Shown here in pieces: positions 1 through 8,386 of a stretch of DNA of 64,000 bases; the stretch's first letter is position 1; each line of letters begins with the position of its first letter. The translations under genes were made by a program, and so were the position numbers. The stretch spans positions 64,001 to 128,000 of the forward strand of contig JAOPTT010000008.1 in NCBI GenBank assembly GCA_051531975.1, read 5' to 3'. Source of the stretch: Spirochaetaceae bacterium (lineage in GTDB: Bacteria > Spirochaetota > Spirochaetia > DSM-2461). Below the pieces are notes generated by a model. The model had not been told where the DNA came from. It saw nothing but the letters and a program-made list of their open reading frames with translations, and made no database searches.

Positions 1-1
1 A

Positions 2-160
2 TATTATAGTGAAGTTCCAAATGATAAAGTTAGTTTAGATGAATTAATTTCTAGAGCTGATGAATCACTATATATAGCAAAAAAGAATGGTCGAAATAGA
101 ATTGAATATTATTGTGATCATAAAAAATGTTCTGATTGTACTGGTTGTTCTAAATATTAA
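2..160 (+). CDS. 3' end of a GGDEF diguanylate cyclase with a Cys-rich tail (partial, runs off the window start)
   Basis: Manual translation YYSEVPNDKVSLDELISRADESLYIAKKNGRNRIEYYCDHKKCSDCTGCSKY*. It matches the GGDEF C-terminal signature AD-x-ALY-x-AK-x-x-GRN. Confidence 0.85.
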   Translation, partial: YYSEVPNDKVSLDELISRADESLYIAKKNGRNRIEYYCDHKKCSDCTGCSKY

Positions 161-255
161 TACGTCAATCTACAATGATTCAGTTATTGTTATTTAAATT
201 TTTTGATAGAGTATTAATCATTTTTCATGATATGATAAGTATAGGAGATTTAATA

Positions 256-354
256 ATGGGTGAAAAAGATAAAGGCAAAAAAGATGTTAAAACTAAACCA
301 ACTTTAACTGCTAAAGAGAAAAAAGCAAAAAAATTAGAGAAGAAGAATAAATAA
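256..354 (+). CDS. 32-aa lysine-rich small protein (not in ORF track)
   Basis: AGGAG at 243-247, ATG at 256, MGEKDKGKKDVKTKPTLTAKEKKAKKLEKKNK*, followed by a stem-loop. Confidence 0.75.
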   Translation: MGEKDKGKKDVKTKPTLTAKEKKAKKLEKKNK

Positions 355-368
355 AAAACTTCTAGTTT

Positions 369-397
369 TACTCTCTGCACAATAGATGCAGAGAGTA
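369..397 (+). terminator. Stem-loop downstream of the small Lys-rich ORF
   Basis: TACTCTCTGCA-N7-TGCAGAGAGTA, a perfect 11-bp inverted repeat. The U-tract is poor. Confidence 0.55.
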
Positions 398-486
398 TCC
401 TCCTCACAATTTAATATGATATCCAGAACAATTCAATAAATTAGAATAAATTATATTTATTAGTATATTGAAAAATCAAACATAGC

Positions 487-505
487 GTTATTGATAATAA
501 TTATT
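487..505. promoter_or_regulatory. Possible Fur/PerR-type box
   Basis: GTTATTGATAATAATTATT matches the classical GATAATGATAATCATTATC at 15/19 positions. The AT-rich background weakens this. Confidence 0.3.
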
Positions 506-523
506 TATACTGAAGTGTAGGAT

Positions 524-1087
524 ATGAAAATGAATAGATATAAAAAGACTTGTAGTTTATCTTTGGATATAGAAATTAGGTTAATGCGGCTAATTCTGTG
601 TATCATGTTATTATTTCACATTGCAATATCTCCACTATTTTCAAACAACAATTCTGAGATCTCAGAAATTGATAAAAAAATAGATACTCTATATAGTTAT
701 ACAGTTAATCTAATTTATCCTGAAGAGTTAAATGAAATGTTAGACTCAGATATCTTTATTCTTGATACAAGATCAGAGAAAGAATTTACCCTTAGTCATA
801 TAAAAGATGCAATTTTTATAGATTATAAATCATTCTCCTTAGATAAGTTACCAAAGATTAACAAAAATTCAAAAATTATTATTTATTGCACAATTGGTTA
901 TAGAAGTGAAAAAATTGGAGAGGCTTTACTTGATGACGGTTACATCGATGTATCTAATTTATATGGAGGTTTAATAAACTGGGTTAACCTTAAATTCGAT
1001 GTATATAATAAAAATGGAATTGTAAAAAAGATACATCTATACTCAATTCTTTGGAGAAAGTATCTTTTAAATAAGGATTACAAATGA
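524..1087 (+). CDS. Exported rhodanese-like domain protein
   Basis: ILDTRSEKEF..SHI and active loop YCTIGYRS, NLYGG; N-terminal hydrophobic segment. The true start may be downstream. Confidence 0.85.
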   Translation: MKMNRYKKTCSLSLDIEIRLMRLILCIMLLFHIAISPLFSNNNSEISEIDKKIDTLYSYTVNLIYPEELNEMLDSDIFILDTRSEKEFTLSHIKDAIFIDYKSFSLDKLPKINKNSKIIIYCTIGYRSEKIGEALLDDGYIDVSNLYGGLINWVNLKFDVYNKNGIVKKIHLYSILWRKYLLNKDYK

Positions 1088-1869
1088 AAAAGTTATTATT
1101 CATATGTTTTTTAATATCAGTTATTTCAAATTTATATGCCGCTCCCACACCAGAAGTTTGGGAGAAATGGAATGAATATAATTTAAACAGTACGCTGGTG
1201 ATAAACCACGAATTATGGACAACGTTTTTAAAAAGAAATCTAGTTAGTAAAAATGGAATGAATCTAGTTAAATATTCAGAAGTAAACAGAGAAAGTTATA
1301 ATAACTTAAGCAGTTATATAGAATATTTAACTAGTCAAAAAATTACTAATCTGAATAGAGAAGAGCAGAAATCAGTCTGGATTAATTTATACAACGCTTT
1401 AACTATTAAAGTGGTTCTTGATCACTATCCTGTTAAATCAATTAAAAATATAAATATTTCAGGCCTATTTAAAATTGGACCCTGGGATAAAAAACTTGTA
1501 AGTATTGAATCAGAAGAAATATCCTTAAATGATATAGAACATAAAATATTGCGACCTATTTGGAATGACCATAGAATTCACTACTCTTTAAACTGTGCCA
1601 GCATGAGCTGCCCAGAACTACAGAAAGAGGCATTTACACCTAATAATATTGAAGGTTTGTTAAATATAGCTGAAGGAACATATTTAAAAAGTTCTTATGG
1701 CCATAAATTTTTAAATAATACATTAATTTTATCCTCAATTTATAACTGGTTTTATATTGATTTTGGTAAAGATGAAGAAGAAGTAATAAATTACATAGAA
1801 AGTATAATAAATATTCGTGATTATAAAAAAATCAAATATAGTTACGATTGGTCACTAAATGCTTATTAG
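1084..1869 (+). CDS. DUF547 family exported protein
   Basis: WINLYNALTI, SLNDIEHKILR, DHRIHYSLNCASMSCP and YDWSLN motifs; signal peptide; ATGA-type overlap region with the upstream gene. Confidence 0.9.
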   Translation: MKKLLFICFLISVISNLYAAPTPEVWEKWNEYNLNSTLVINHELWTTFLKRNLVSKNGMNLVKYSEVNRESYNNLSSYIEYLTSQKITNLNREEQKSVWINLYNALTIKVVLDHYPVKSIKNINISGLFKIGPWDKKLVSIESEEISLNDIEHKILRPIWNDHRIHYSLNCASMSCPELQKEAFTPNNIEGLLNIAEGTYLKSSYGHKFLNNTLILSSIYNWFYIDFGKDEEEVINYIESIINIRDYKKIKYSYDWSLNAY

Positions 1870-2106
1870 TTTTTGTATAAATTAGTTACTAATCAAGAAA
1901 ACTATATTGTCCATAAGAATTCCTTTTGATAGGCATACTTAATAAATTGAGAACAGTCTAAGAAAAAATGCTAATATTTTTTTAATTATGTCCTAAAACT
2001 AATTAAAGTTAGATTCGAAAAGTTATCGTGTTAATATTTTATCAGGTCAATAAATTTGATCTAAATTGAATAAAAATATTTTAGAATAAAAAGATATAAA
2101 TAATTT

Positions 2107-2133
2107 CCAACTTTTTATTATTATATGTGTCTA
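2107..2133 (+). promoter_or_regulatory. ECF-sigma-type promoter, probably autoregulatory
   Basis: CCAAC (AAC 2109-2111), 17-nt spacer, GTCTA (2129-2133), just upstream of the GAGG RBS of the ECF gene. Confidence 0.6.
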
Positions 2134-2151
2134 TTAGTGTAGAGAGGATTT

Positions 2152-3315
2152 ATGGATAAAAAGATTTTAATAGATGCAATACATGGCAATAGTAAATCAC
2201 TAGAAAAAATTATATCCCAAAACCAAACACGTATTTATGCTTTTGTTAAAAGTAAAGTTAATAATTCTATGGATGTAGATGAAATAGTGCAAGAAACTTT
2301 TATAAATTGCTTAATAAATATTGGGAAACTTCAAAAAATTGAAACCTTTGATTCTTGGTTATTTAAACTTTGCCATAACAAAATTAAAAACTATTATAGG
2401 GATAAAAGAGAAGATGTTGAGTTTAATGAAAATGTAAATATAACTAATGAAATTAAAAATGAGTGGAATAATTATACAGACTTATTAAAAGTTTCAATTT
2501 CCACTTTATCTAGAAATCAAAGAGATGTTTTGCAACTATATTACTTTTCAGGACATAGTTATCTAGAAATATCTAAAATTTGCAATATAAGTTTAATAAA
2601 AGTTAAAAGCAGACTCTATGAAGCAAAACAGATCCTAAAATCTAAAATACCTCATCTTTATCACGGAGTTGAGCTAACAAAAAGCTTAATGAATACAGAA
2701 AAGGAGTTAATTATGAAAGAGTTAGAATTAATAAAGATAGCATCAAGTGTAATAAGATCACTTTCTTTAAAAGATCAGATGGAACTATGTTTAAATATTT
2801 CCAATAGTGAAAAAATCTCAGGGAAACTATTAGAAAATATAAGTGAAATTGAATTTGGTAAAGATTTTTTAAAAGGATATAATTCAAGACTGACTGTACG
2901 CGATCTATCTAAAATTATAACTTACGATAAAGTATTGGATAAGTGGTTAATAAATAATCTTGAAAAAATAGAACCACAAATTACAGAAGAATTCAAAAAA
3001 AATATATTTGTATTTGAGGATATAGTATTATTGCCTCCAAGTTCTGTTGAGTTAGTACTAAAAAACATAAAATATGAGACTATAATTACCGCTATATCAT
3101 CTACCGAAAAAGTCGTAAAACAATATATACTTAGTTTCTTTGATAATGAAGAAAAAGAGCAAATACTTAATTTATTTTTAGATATTAGTAGTCTAGATAC
3201 AGATATAAATAGAGCTCAATTTAGTATCGTTGAAAGGATACGGGAACTACATGACGATAGAATAATCTCATTCTCATTTGATGTTAAAGAAAACTTACGA
3301 AAACAAGGTTTATAA
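2152..3315 (+). CDS. ECF sigma-70 factor fused to a FliG middle/C-terminal-like domain
   Basis: Sigma region 2 (DVDEIVQETF..FDSWLFKLCHN) and region 4 (LSRNQRDVLQL..SYLEIS..VKSRLYEAK). The C-terminal half has EEFKKNIFVFEDIVLL and DINRAQFSIVERIREL, resembling FliG_C. Confidence 0.85.
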   Translation: MDKKILIDAIHGNSKSLEKIISQNQTRIYAFVKSKVNNSMDVDEIVQETFINCLINIGKLQKIETFDSWLFKLCHNKIKNYYRDKREDVEFNENVNITNEIKNEWNNYTDLLKVSISTLSRNQRDVLQLYYFSGHSYLEISKICNISLIKVKSRLYEAKQILKSKIPHLYHGVELTKSLMNTEKELIMKELELIKIASSVIRSLSLKDQMELCLNISNSEKISGKLLENISEIEFGKDFLKGYNSRLTVRDLSKIITYDKVLDKWLINNLEKIEPQITEEFKKNIFVFEDIVLLPPSSVELVLKNIKYETIITAISSTEKVVKQYILSFFDNEEKEQILNLFLDISSLDTDINRAQFSIVERIRELHDDRIISFSFDVKENLRKQGL

Positions 3316-3499
3316 CAGAAGTTTGTTATTAAAAATCAGTCAGATCAATCGACATTTTCTAAGTATCCTGATTATTAGCAGCATAAACACTAATTTTTAA
3401 AAGTCAGATAGTAGATCTATTTTTTATATGGTAATAAATAGTTAAATATTTGATTTACATAAGTTAATGACATAAAATTTATTAAATAACAGATTAACT

Positions 3500-4753
3500 A
3501 TGAGGATGCAAATAATTATGAATAAGAGCAATATGAAAAAAATCATTGATGAATTATTACTATATTCTGGTCAATTTGGGTTATTTTATATCATTATGCA
3601 AATTATAAAATCAAAATCAATTTTTATAAATGATATTGGACATTTAGGATTATTGTTATCATTGATTTTACAAGTTTTTTTATTGGCTTACTTTGGTCAC
3701 AAAGTTAAATATCGTCTATTATTTTCTTTTATAGTTCCAGTTATTTATAGCTTATTAGAAGTGAGAGAGGGAATTGATTATTTACTAAATACTGCACATA
3801 TTGGATTCTGGATATATGCTGTAATTTCTGCAAGTTTAATGTCAATAAAAATTCATAGTAATACAATTTTTAATAAATCAATTGAAGTCATTTTTGTAGT
3901 TCTCAACGTATTTATATTTTTGTTTATCTACTTTTACTTTGATACCTGGAAAGAAGTAATTACACCTGAAAAATTAATAATAACAGAAATTTTTAAATAC
4001 TTAGATACATTTTTACAAGACCCAACCCACTGGTTTATCATTTTTGGTGGAACATTACTCGCTTTTACTATTGCTTTAGGTCGATATGAAATTGAAAAAC
4101 TTAAAGAAAGAATTACTTCCCTATTTGGACAATATGTAGATAAAAATATAAGGGATACAATTATTAATAAAGGTGAATATATCGCAAAAAAAGACAAGTT
4201 ATGTATCATGTTCGCTGATATCAAAGATTTTACAAAGTTATGTGAAGAAAATGATGCTGAAAGTATAAGTAAAATGTTAAATATATACTTTGATTACTGG
4301 AATAGTATAGTTAAGAGACATAATGGAACTATTGATAAATATATAGGAGATGCTATCATGGTTATTTTTGGACTTCAGAGTGTAAAGGATCCATGTAATT
4401 CTGCAGCAGAATGTTCATTAGAAATAATTAAAAACAAGATGATCCTTGAGGATGAATTAAATAGAAAATCATTACCACTGCCTACAGACTTTGGTATTGG
4501 TTGCCATTTTGGAGAATTAATAATTGGAGATTTAGGAAGTAGTGATAGAAAGAATTTTACAGTTATTGGAGACACTGTAAATATTGCATCTAGACTTGAG
4601 TCTATTACAAGAAATGTACATAGCGATTTGATACTATCAAATACTATGTACACCCACTTAAAAGATTCTCTAAAATCTAAATTTTATAATCTTGGAGAAT
4701 TCGAACTTAAAGGTAAGAGTTCTCTAGTAAAAGTTTGGGGTAATAAAGTCTAA
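3500..4753 (+). CDS. Membrane-bound class III adenylate/guanylate cyclase
   Basis: About 6 hydrophobic helices, then MFADIKDFT, DKYIGDA and TVIGDTVNIASRLES. Confidence 0.9.
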   Translation: MRMQIIMNKSNMKKIIDELLLYSGQFGLFYIIMQIIKSKSIFINDIGHLGLLLSLILQVFLLAYFGHKVKYRLLFSFIVPVIYSLLEVREGIDYLLNTAHIGFWIYAVISASLMSIKIHSNTIFNKSIEVIFVVLNVFIFLFIYFYFDTWKEVITPEKLIITEIFKYLDTFLQDPTHWFIIFGGTLLAFTIALGRYEIEKLKERITSLFGQYVDKNIRDTIINKGEYIAKKDKLCIMFADIKDFTKLCEENDAESISKMLNIYFDYWNSIVKRHNGTIDKYIGDAIMVIFGLQSVKDPCNSAAECSLEIIKNKMILEDELNRKSLPLPTDFGIGCHFGELIIGDLGSSDRKNFTVIGDTVNIASRLESITRNVHSDLILSNTMYTHLKDSLKSKFYNLGEFELKGKSSLVKVWGNKV

Positions 4754-4761
4754 TAATATTA

Positions 4762-5634
4762 CTAAATAACTTTAAAATGATTATTCACTTTAAATCCTAT
4801 AATAATACCCCATAATAGATTTGCATACATGATCTCAGGAAGATGAGCCATTCTAACAAATCCAGGCATTAGAAAGTTTGGAACAAGAAGGCTTGATGAC
4901 ATTAAACACCCAAAAACAATCCCTGTAATTAAACTTTTTTCCCAAACGGACCCCTTCTGATTCTTCTGAAGTGCTATTGCAATAAGTATCCAAATAGAAG
5001 CTCTAGGTATCTGCATAATATATCCAATTGGAACTAGTGACATATCCATTGCAGAACTTTCTCCTGAGAAATAGAAGTCTTTAACACCTTCAACATTCAT
5101 AGGAATTAAAAATCCAGCGATAAAGTAGATAACAAACCAGATAATAATCCATGAAACCCAATGTAGAATAAGCTTTTTACTCCATAAAAATTCTGAAATT
5201 TTATCCTCACTTGGTATTTTAGAACCAAAGAGATAAGCGATTATATAACCAAGAATAAAAGACATAATAAGTCCATTTAATAAGTTAACCATCTGTAGCG
5301 GTACAGGATAAATATACCTCATGAAAATTAAGCTTTCCACTGTATTAAGAACATGATTAATAGCAAAATAAATTAGAGATAACATCAGTCCTAGACTTTT
5401 TCTTTTCAGTTTAGACCGATGTGCTATTAACGCTATAACTAAAATTTGTATTACTGCAACAGTAAATAGACCAGTAATTGTTTCAGTTTGTCCTGGCATT
5501 TTTATGTTACTCAGATCAATACCAAATAGTGGGGTAATTAATGCTCCAGTTAACATGATTGTTACAATATATGCTAAAGTAGCAATAAGACATTTAGTAA
5601 ATAATAATATAGATTTTTTCATATCATCCTCCAC
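4762..5634 (-). CDS. Multi-pass membrane protein of unknown function
   Basis: About 8 hydrophobic segments; lies directly downstream of the membrane LuxR gene. Confidence 0.75.
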   Translation of the reverse strand: MEDDMKKSILLFTKCLIATLAYIVTIMLTGALITPLFGIDLSNIKMPGQTETITGLFTVAVIQILVIALIAHRSKLKRKSLGLMLSLIYFAINHVLNTVESLIFMRYIYPVPLQMVNLLNGLIMSFILGYIIAYLFGSKIPSEDKISEFLWSKKLILHWVSWIIIWFVIYFIAGFLIPMNVEGVKDFYFSGESSAMDMSLVPIGYIMQIPRASIWILIAIALQKNQKGSVWEKSLITGIVFGCLMSSSLLVPNFLMPGFVRMAHLPEIMYANLLWGIIIGFKVNNHFKVI

Positions 5635-5681
5635 CTATTAAACTACAACCAGTATCAGTGAAAAGATATGGGAAATTATAC

Positions 5682-6554
5682 CTAGTTTAATAAATTAACC
5701 AGATCAACACGGCTATTTACCTCTGTTTTTTTATAGATGTTATATATATGATTTTTTACAGTACTAGTGGAAATTTTAAGGTCAAAAGCTATCTCTTTAT
5801 TACTGTGACCCCTAAGAATCGCTGTACTTATCTCTACTTCCCTAGTTGTAAGATTCCACTTTGAAATATATTCATCTAATATAATTGTGTTATTTTGAGG
5901 TCTCTTTATTTTAGCTTTTATTTGGGACATATTCAGTAAATTCCAGCAAATAAATATAATTGGAATATTAACTGTATAATCTCCAAGAAATCCAAAATAA
6001 TATTTTAAAGACATTTCTAATGCTATTATAGCCAGTGTAAAAAGTAGAAAGAAATACCAGAGTCTATTTTCATTACTGCTTTTATTCTCTTCTGATTTAG
6101 AATTCCTATGAGCAAACCAGATAGATATTAAAATAAAAGATGGAACAGCAATAATAATAGGGTAAAAAGAAAATGTAGTTTGCCACAATATTAGTTGCAA
6201 CATTGCTATAACAACAAATAATAGGGGTATAACAGACCATAAAATCTTAGTACTTTTAGTAATACCTTTTTTATCTACTATAAAACTAAGTCGTGATATT
6301 GACCTTGCTAATATACCTTGCCCTAAAATAATAACTGCAATAAAAACTGAAGAAACAAAGGTAGACTTAATAACATTAACCTTTAAATATAATACAATTA
6401 ATGCTGATAACATTAAAAAAGTATAAGAGAGATGAACTCCAATGTAACCCTTCATAAAATCAGAATTATTACCATATTTCATAATAAGATAGATAGCTGA
6501 CACTATGCCACTAATTCCAGATAAAAGATAAAGTAATAATATAATATGAGTCAT
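5682..6554 (-). CDS. Membrane-embedded LuxR-family transcriptional regulator
   Basis: About 7 TM helices, then LTTREVEI..GHSNKEIA..TVKNHIYNIYKK (GerE/LuxR HTH). Start moved to ATG 6554 to avoid overlap with the divergent gene. Confidence 0.85.
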   Translation of the reverse strand: MTHIILLLYLLSGISGIVSAIYLIMKYGNNSDFMKGYIGVHLSYTFLMLSALIVLYLKVNVIKSTFVSSVFIAVIILGQGILARSISRLSFIVDKKGITKSTKILWSVIPLLFVVIAMLQLILWQTTFSFYPIIIAVPSFILISIWFAHRNSKSEENKSSNENRLWYFFLLFTLAIIALEMSLKYYFGFLGDYTVNIPIIFICWNLLNMSQIKAKIKRPQNNTIILDEYISKWNLTTREVEISTAILRGHSNKEIAFDLKISTSTVKNHIYNIYKKTEVNSRVDLVNLLN

Positions 6555-6615
6555 GTTTTGATTATAGCATTGGAATATAATTAGAACTATACTAATTGTA
6601 TTGGGGTTAAAAAAT

Positions 6616-7152
6616 ATGGTTAAAATCGAAATCAATTCAACCACACCTATTAATAATTTAAAAGATATAGACTCAGTTGAACACTCAGTAATAAATGCTG
6701 AAGGTATTACACTTATAACCTTTTTCAGATTTTCTACATGCCCTTTTTGTAATCTACGGCTACGTGCATTAAATAGCTTTATAGAACCCTATGGTTCAAA
6801 GATTAAAGTAATCGCTGTCTTTGGCTCTCCTGAAGCTGAAGTAAGGAAAGCTAAAGAACTTCACCATCCATCATTTCCGCTAGTAAGTAATGCTGATCGA
6901 TCACTATATAAAATATTTTCTGTAACTAAGTCATGGCTTGGTGTTATTAAAGGTATGATATTTAGATTTCCATCATTAATTAAAGGAATGGTACTACAGG
7001 GCAAAATCCCTTTAAATTTTGATGGTATGTTAAATACTATGCCGGCTAGTTTCATAATAGATAAAAACGGTATTATAATTGAAGTTTACTATGGAAAAGA
7101 TGAAGGTGATCATATTAGCTTTAAAAGGATTACAGAAATAATAAACAAATAA
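6616..7152 (+). CDS. Peroxiredoxin-like (AhpC/TSA, thioredoxin-fold) protein
   Basis: FFRFSTCPFCNLR (CxxC) and MPASFIIDKNG; ATG at 6616. Confidence 0.85.
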   Translation: MVKIEINSTTPINNLKDIDSVEHSVINAEGITLITFFRFSTCPFCNLRLRALNSFIEPYGSKIKVIAVFGSPEAEVRKAKELHHPSFPLVSNADRSLYKIFSVTKSWLGVIKGMIFRFPSLIKGMVLQGKIPLNFDGMLNTMPASFIIDKNGIIIEVYYGKDEGDHISFKRITEIINK

Positions 7153-7166
7153 CTAGAATATCCAAA

Positions 7167-8339
7167 CTAAAGCCCGTTTTGCTTCTTCTTATTTTTGTTT
7201 TTATACATATCAATATCAGCAATTTTAATTAAATCCTCGGCGTTTAAGATATTATGATCTTTAAGTTGTGCATAACCAAAACTAATTGAATGTTTTATTT
7301 GTCCATTATTTATAGAGGTAACATTTTCTGAGATTCTTTCCAGTATTAACTTTGCTACAGAAATATCGCCATTGATGATTAGTACAAATTCATCACCACC
7401 ATATCTAAAAGCTGCTTCACTATGTCGTAATCCACTTTTAATTGCTTGTGCTATTGATTTAATATACTCATCACCAATTTTGTGTCCAAGTTTATCATTG
7501 ATGTGTTTTAGTCCATCTGCATCAATAAAAGATATAGTTAGTGGATCATTTGTTCTTTTAGATTTTTCGAACTCTTTAGACAATAACAGTATCCCAACTC
7601 TTTTATTGTAAAGGCCTGTCATCTCATCATATGAAGCTAACATATCCAAATAATGCTCATTATCTTTTATTTCCTGAAATGTTTTTTTCATCTCTTTCTC
7701 AACGGGAACAAAAATGAAAAGTGCTTCAAATAAAAGCAGGCAAAATGTTATTAAAAGAAGAATTATTTCAAGTTGTTTAATTTTTTTGAGTTTGTTTGTA
7801 GCTTCAAAATCATATTGAAATACTATGTCATTCATCCCTTGTAAGAAGATCGATTCCTGTTCTAAAATATTAGTTAAGAATTCATTAATATTTGTATCGT
7901 TATTATGATAGGATTCAATAATTAAATTAGTATTAATTATTATTATATTATATGGGTCTTTGATTTCCGAAAACATTTGAATAACTATTGGACTATTATT
8001 AGCTTCTATGCCTAATAGAACTGATCCTTCTTTTAAAGCTTTGTCCGAGGTTCTCCACAATTCTAATGTATTAGTAAGTTCAATAATATATTTTGCCTTG
8101 ATAAAGTTATCAGAATTGTTAGATAATGCTAATGCTGACTTCGTAATTTTTTGGCTTAACATTCTTTGCCTACCTGCTATATTTATAACTCTAGCAGAAT
8201 CTGTATTTTCATCCAGAGCGACCTGGATTAAAACTTGGCTTATTATAATTAATAATGCAATTAGACCTAAAGCTGTGGCATATCTTTTTCTTAATAGAGA
8301 TGGAGTAAACTTATAATTACTATTAATTATTTTCATCAA
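7167..8339 (-). CDS. Diguanylate cyclase with a NarX/PilJ-type periplasmic sensor
   Basis: TM, INIAGRQRMLSQK (NarX P-box-like), TM, DADGLKHINDKLGH, RYGGDEF. Confidence 0.9.
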   Translation of the reverse strand: MMKIINSNYKFTPSLLRKRYATALGLIALLIIISQVLIQVALDENTDSARVINIAGRQRMLSQKITKSALALSNNSDNFIKAKYIIELTNTLELWRTSDKALKEGSVLLGIEANNSPIVIQMFSEIKDPYNIIIINTNLIIESYHNNDTNINEFLTNILEQESIFLQGMNDIVFQYDFEATNKLKKIKQLEIILLLITFCLLLFEALFIFVPVEKEMKKTFQEIKDNEHYLDMLASYDEMTGLYNKRVGILLLSKEFEKSKRTNDPLTISFIDADGLKHINDKLGHKIGDEYIKSIAQAIKSGLRHSEAAFRYGGDEFVLIINGDISVAKLILERISENVTSINNGQIKHSISFGYAQLKDHNILNAEDLIKIADIDMYKNKNKKKQNGL

Positions 8340-8386
8340 ACAAAATCCTTATAAACACATTTAAATACTATATAAACAACATTGTA

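Noticed and set aside
225..407. 60-aa minus-strand ORF from the track
   Set aside because: Antisense shadow of the RBS-supported Lys-rich ORF at 256-354.
1870..2100. Short minus-strand ORFs (e.g. MDNIVFLISN) as a gene remnant
   Set aside because: Too short, with no recognisable homology; cannot be supported.
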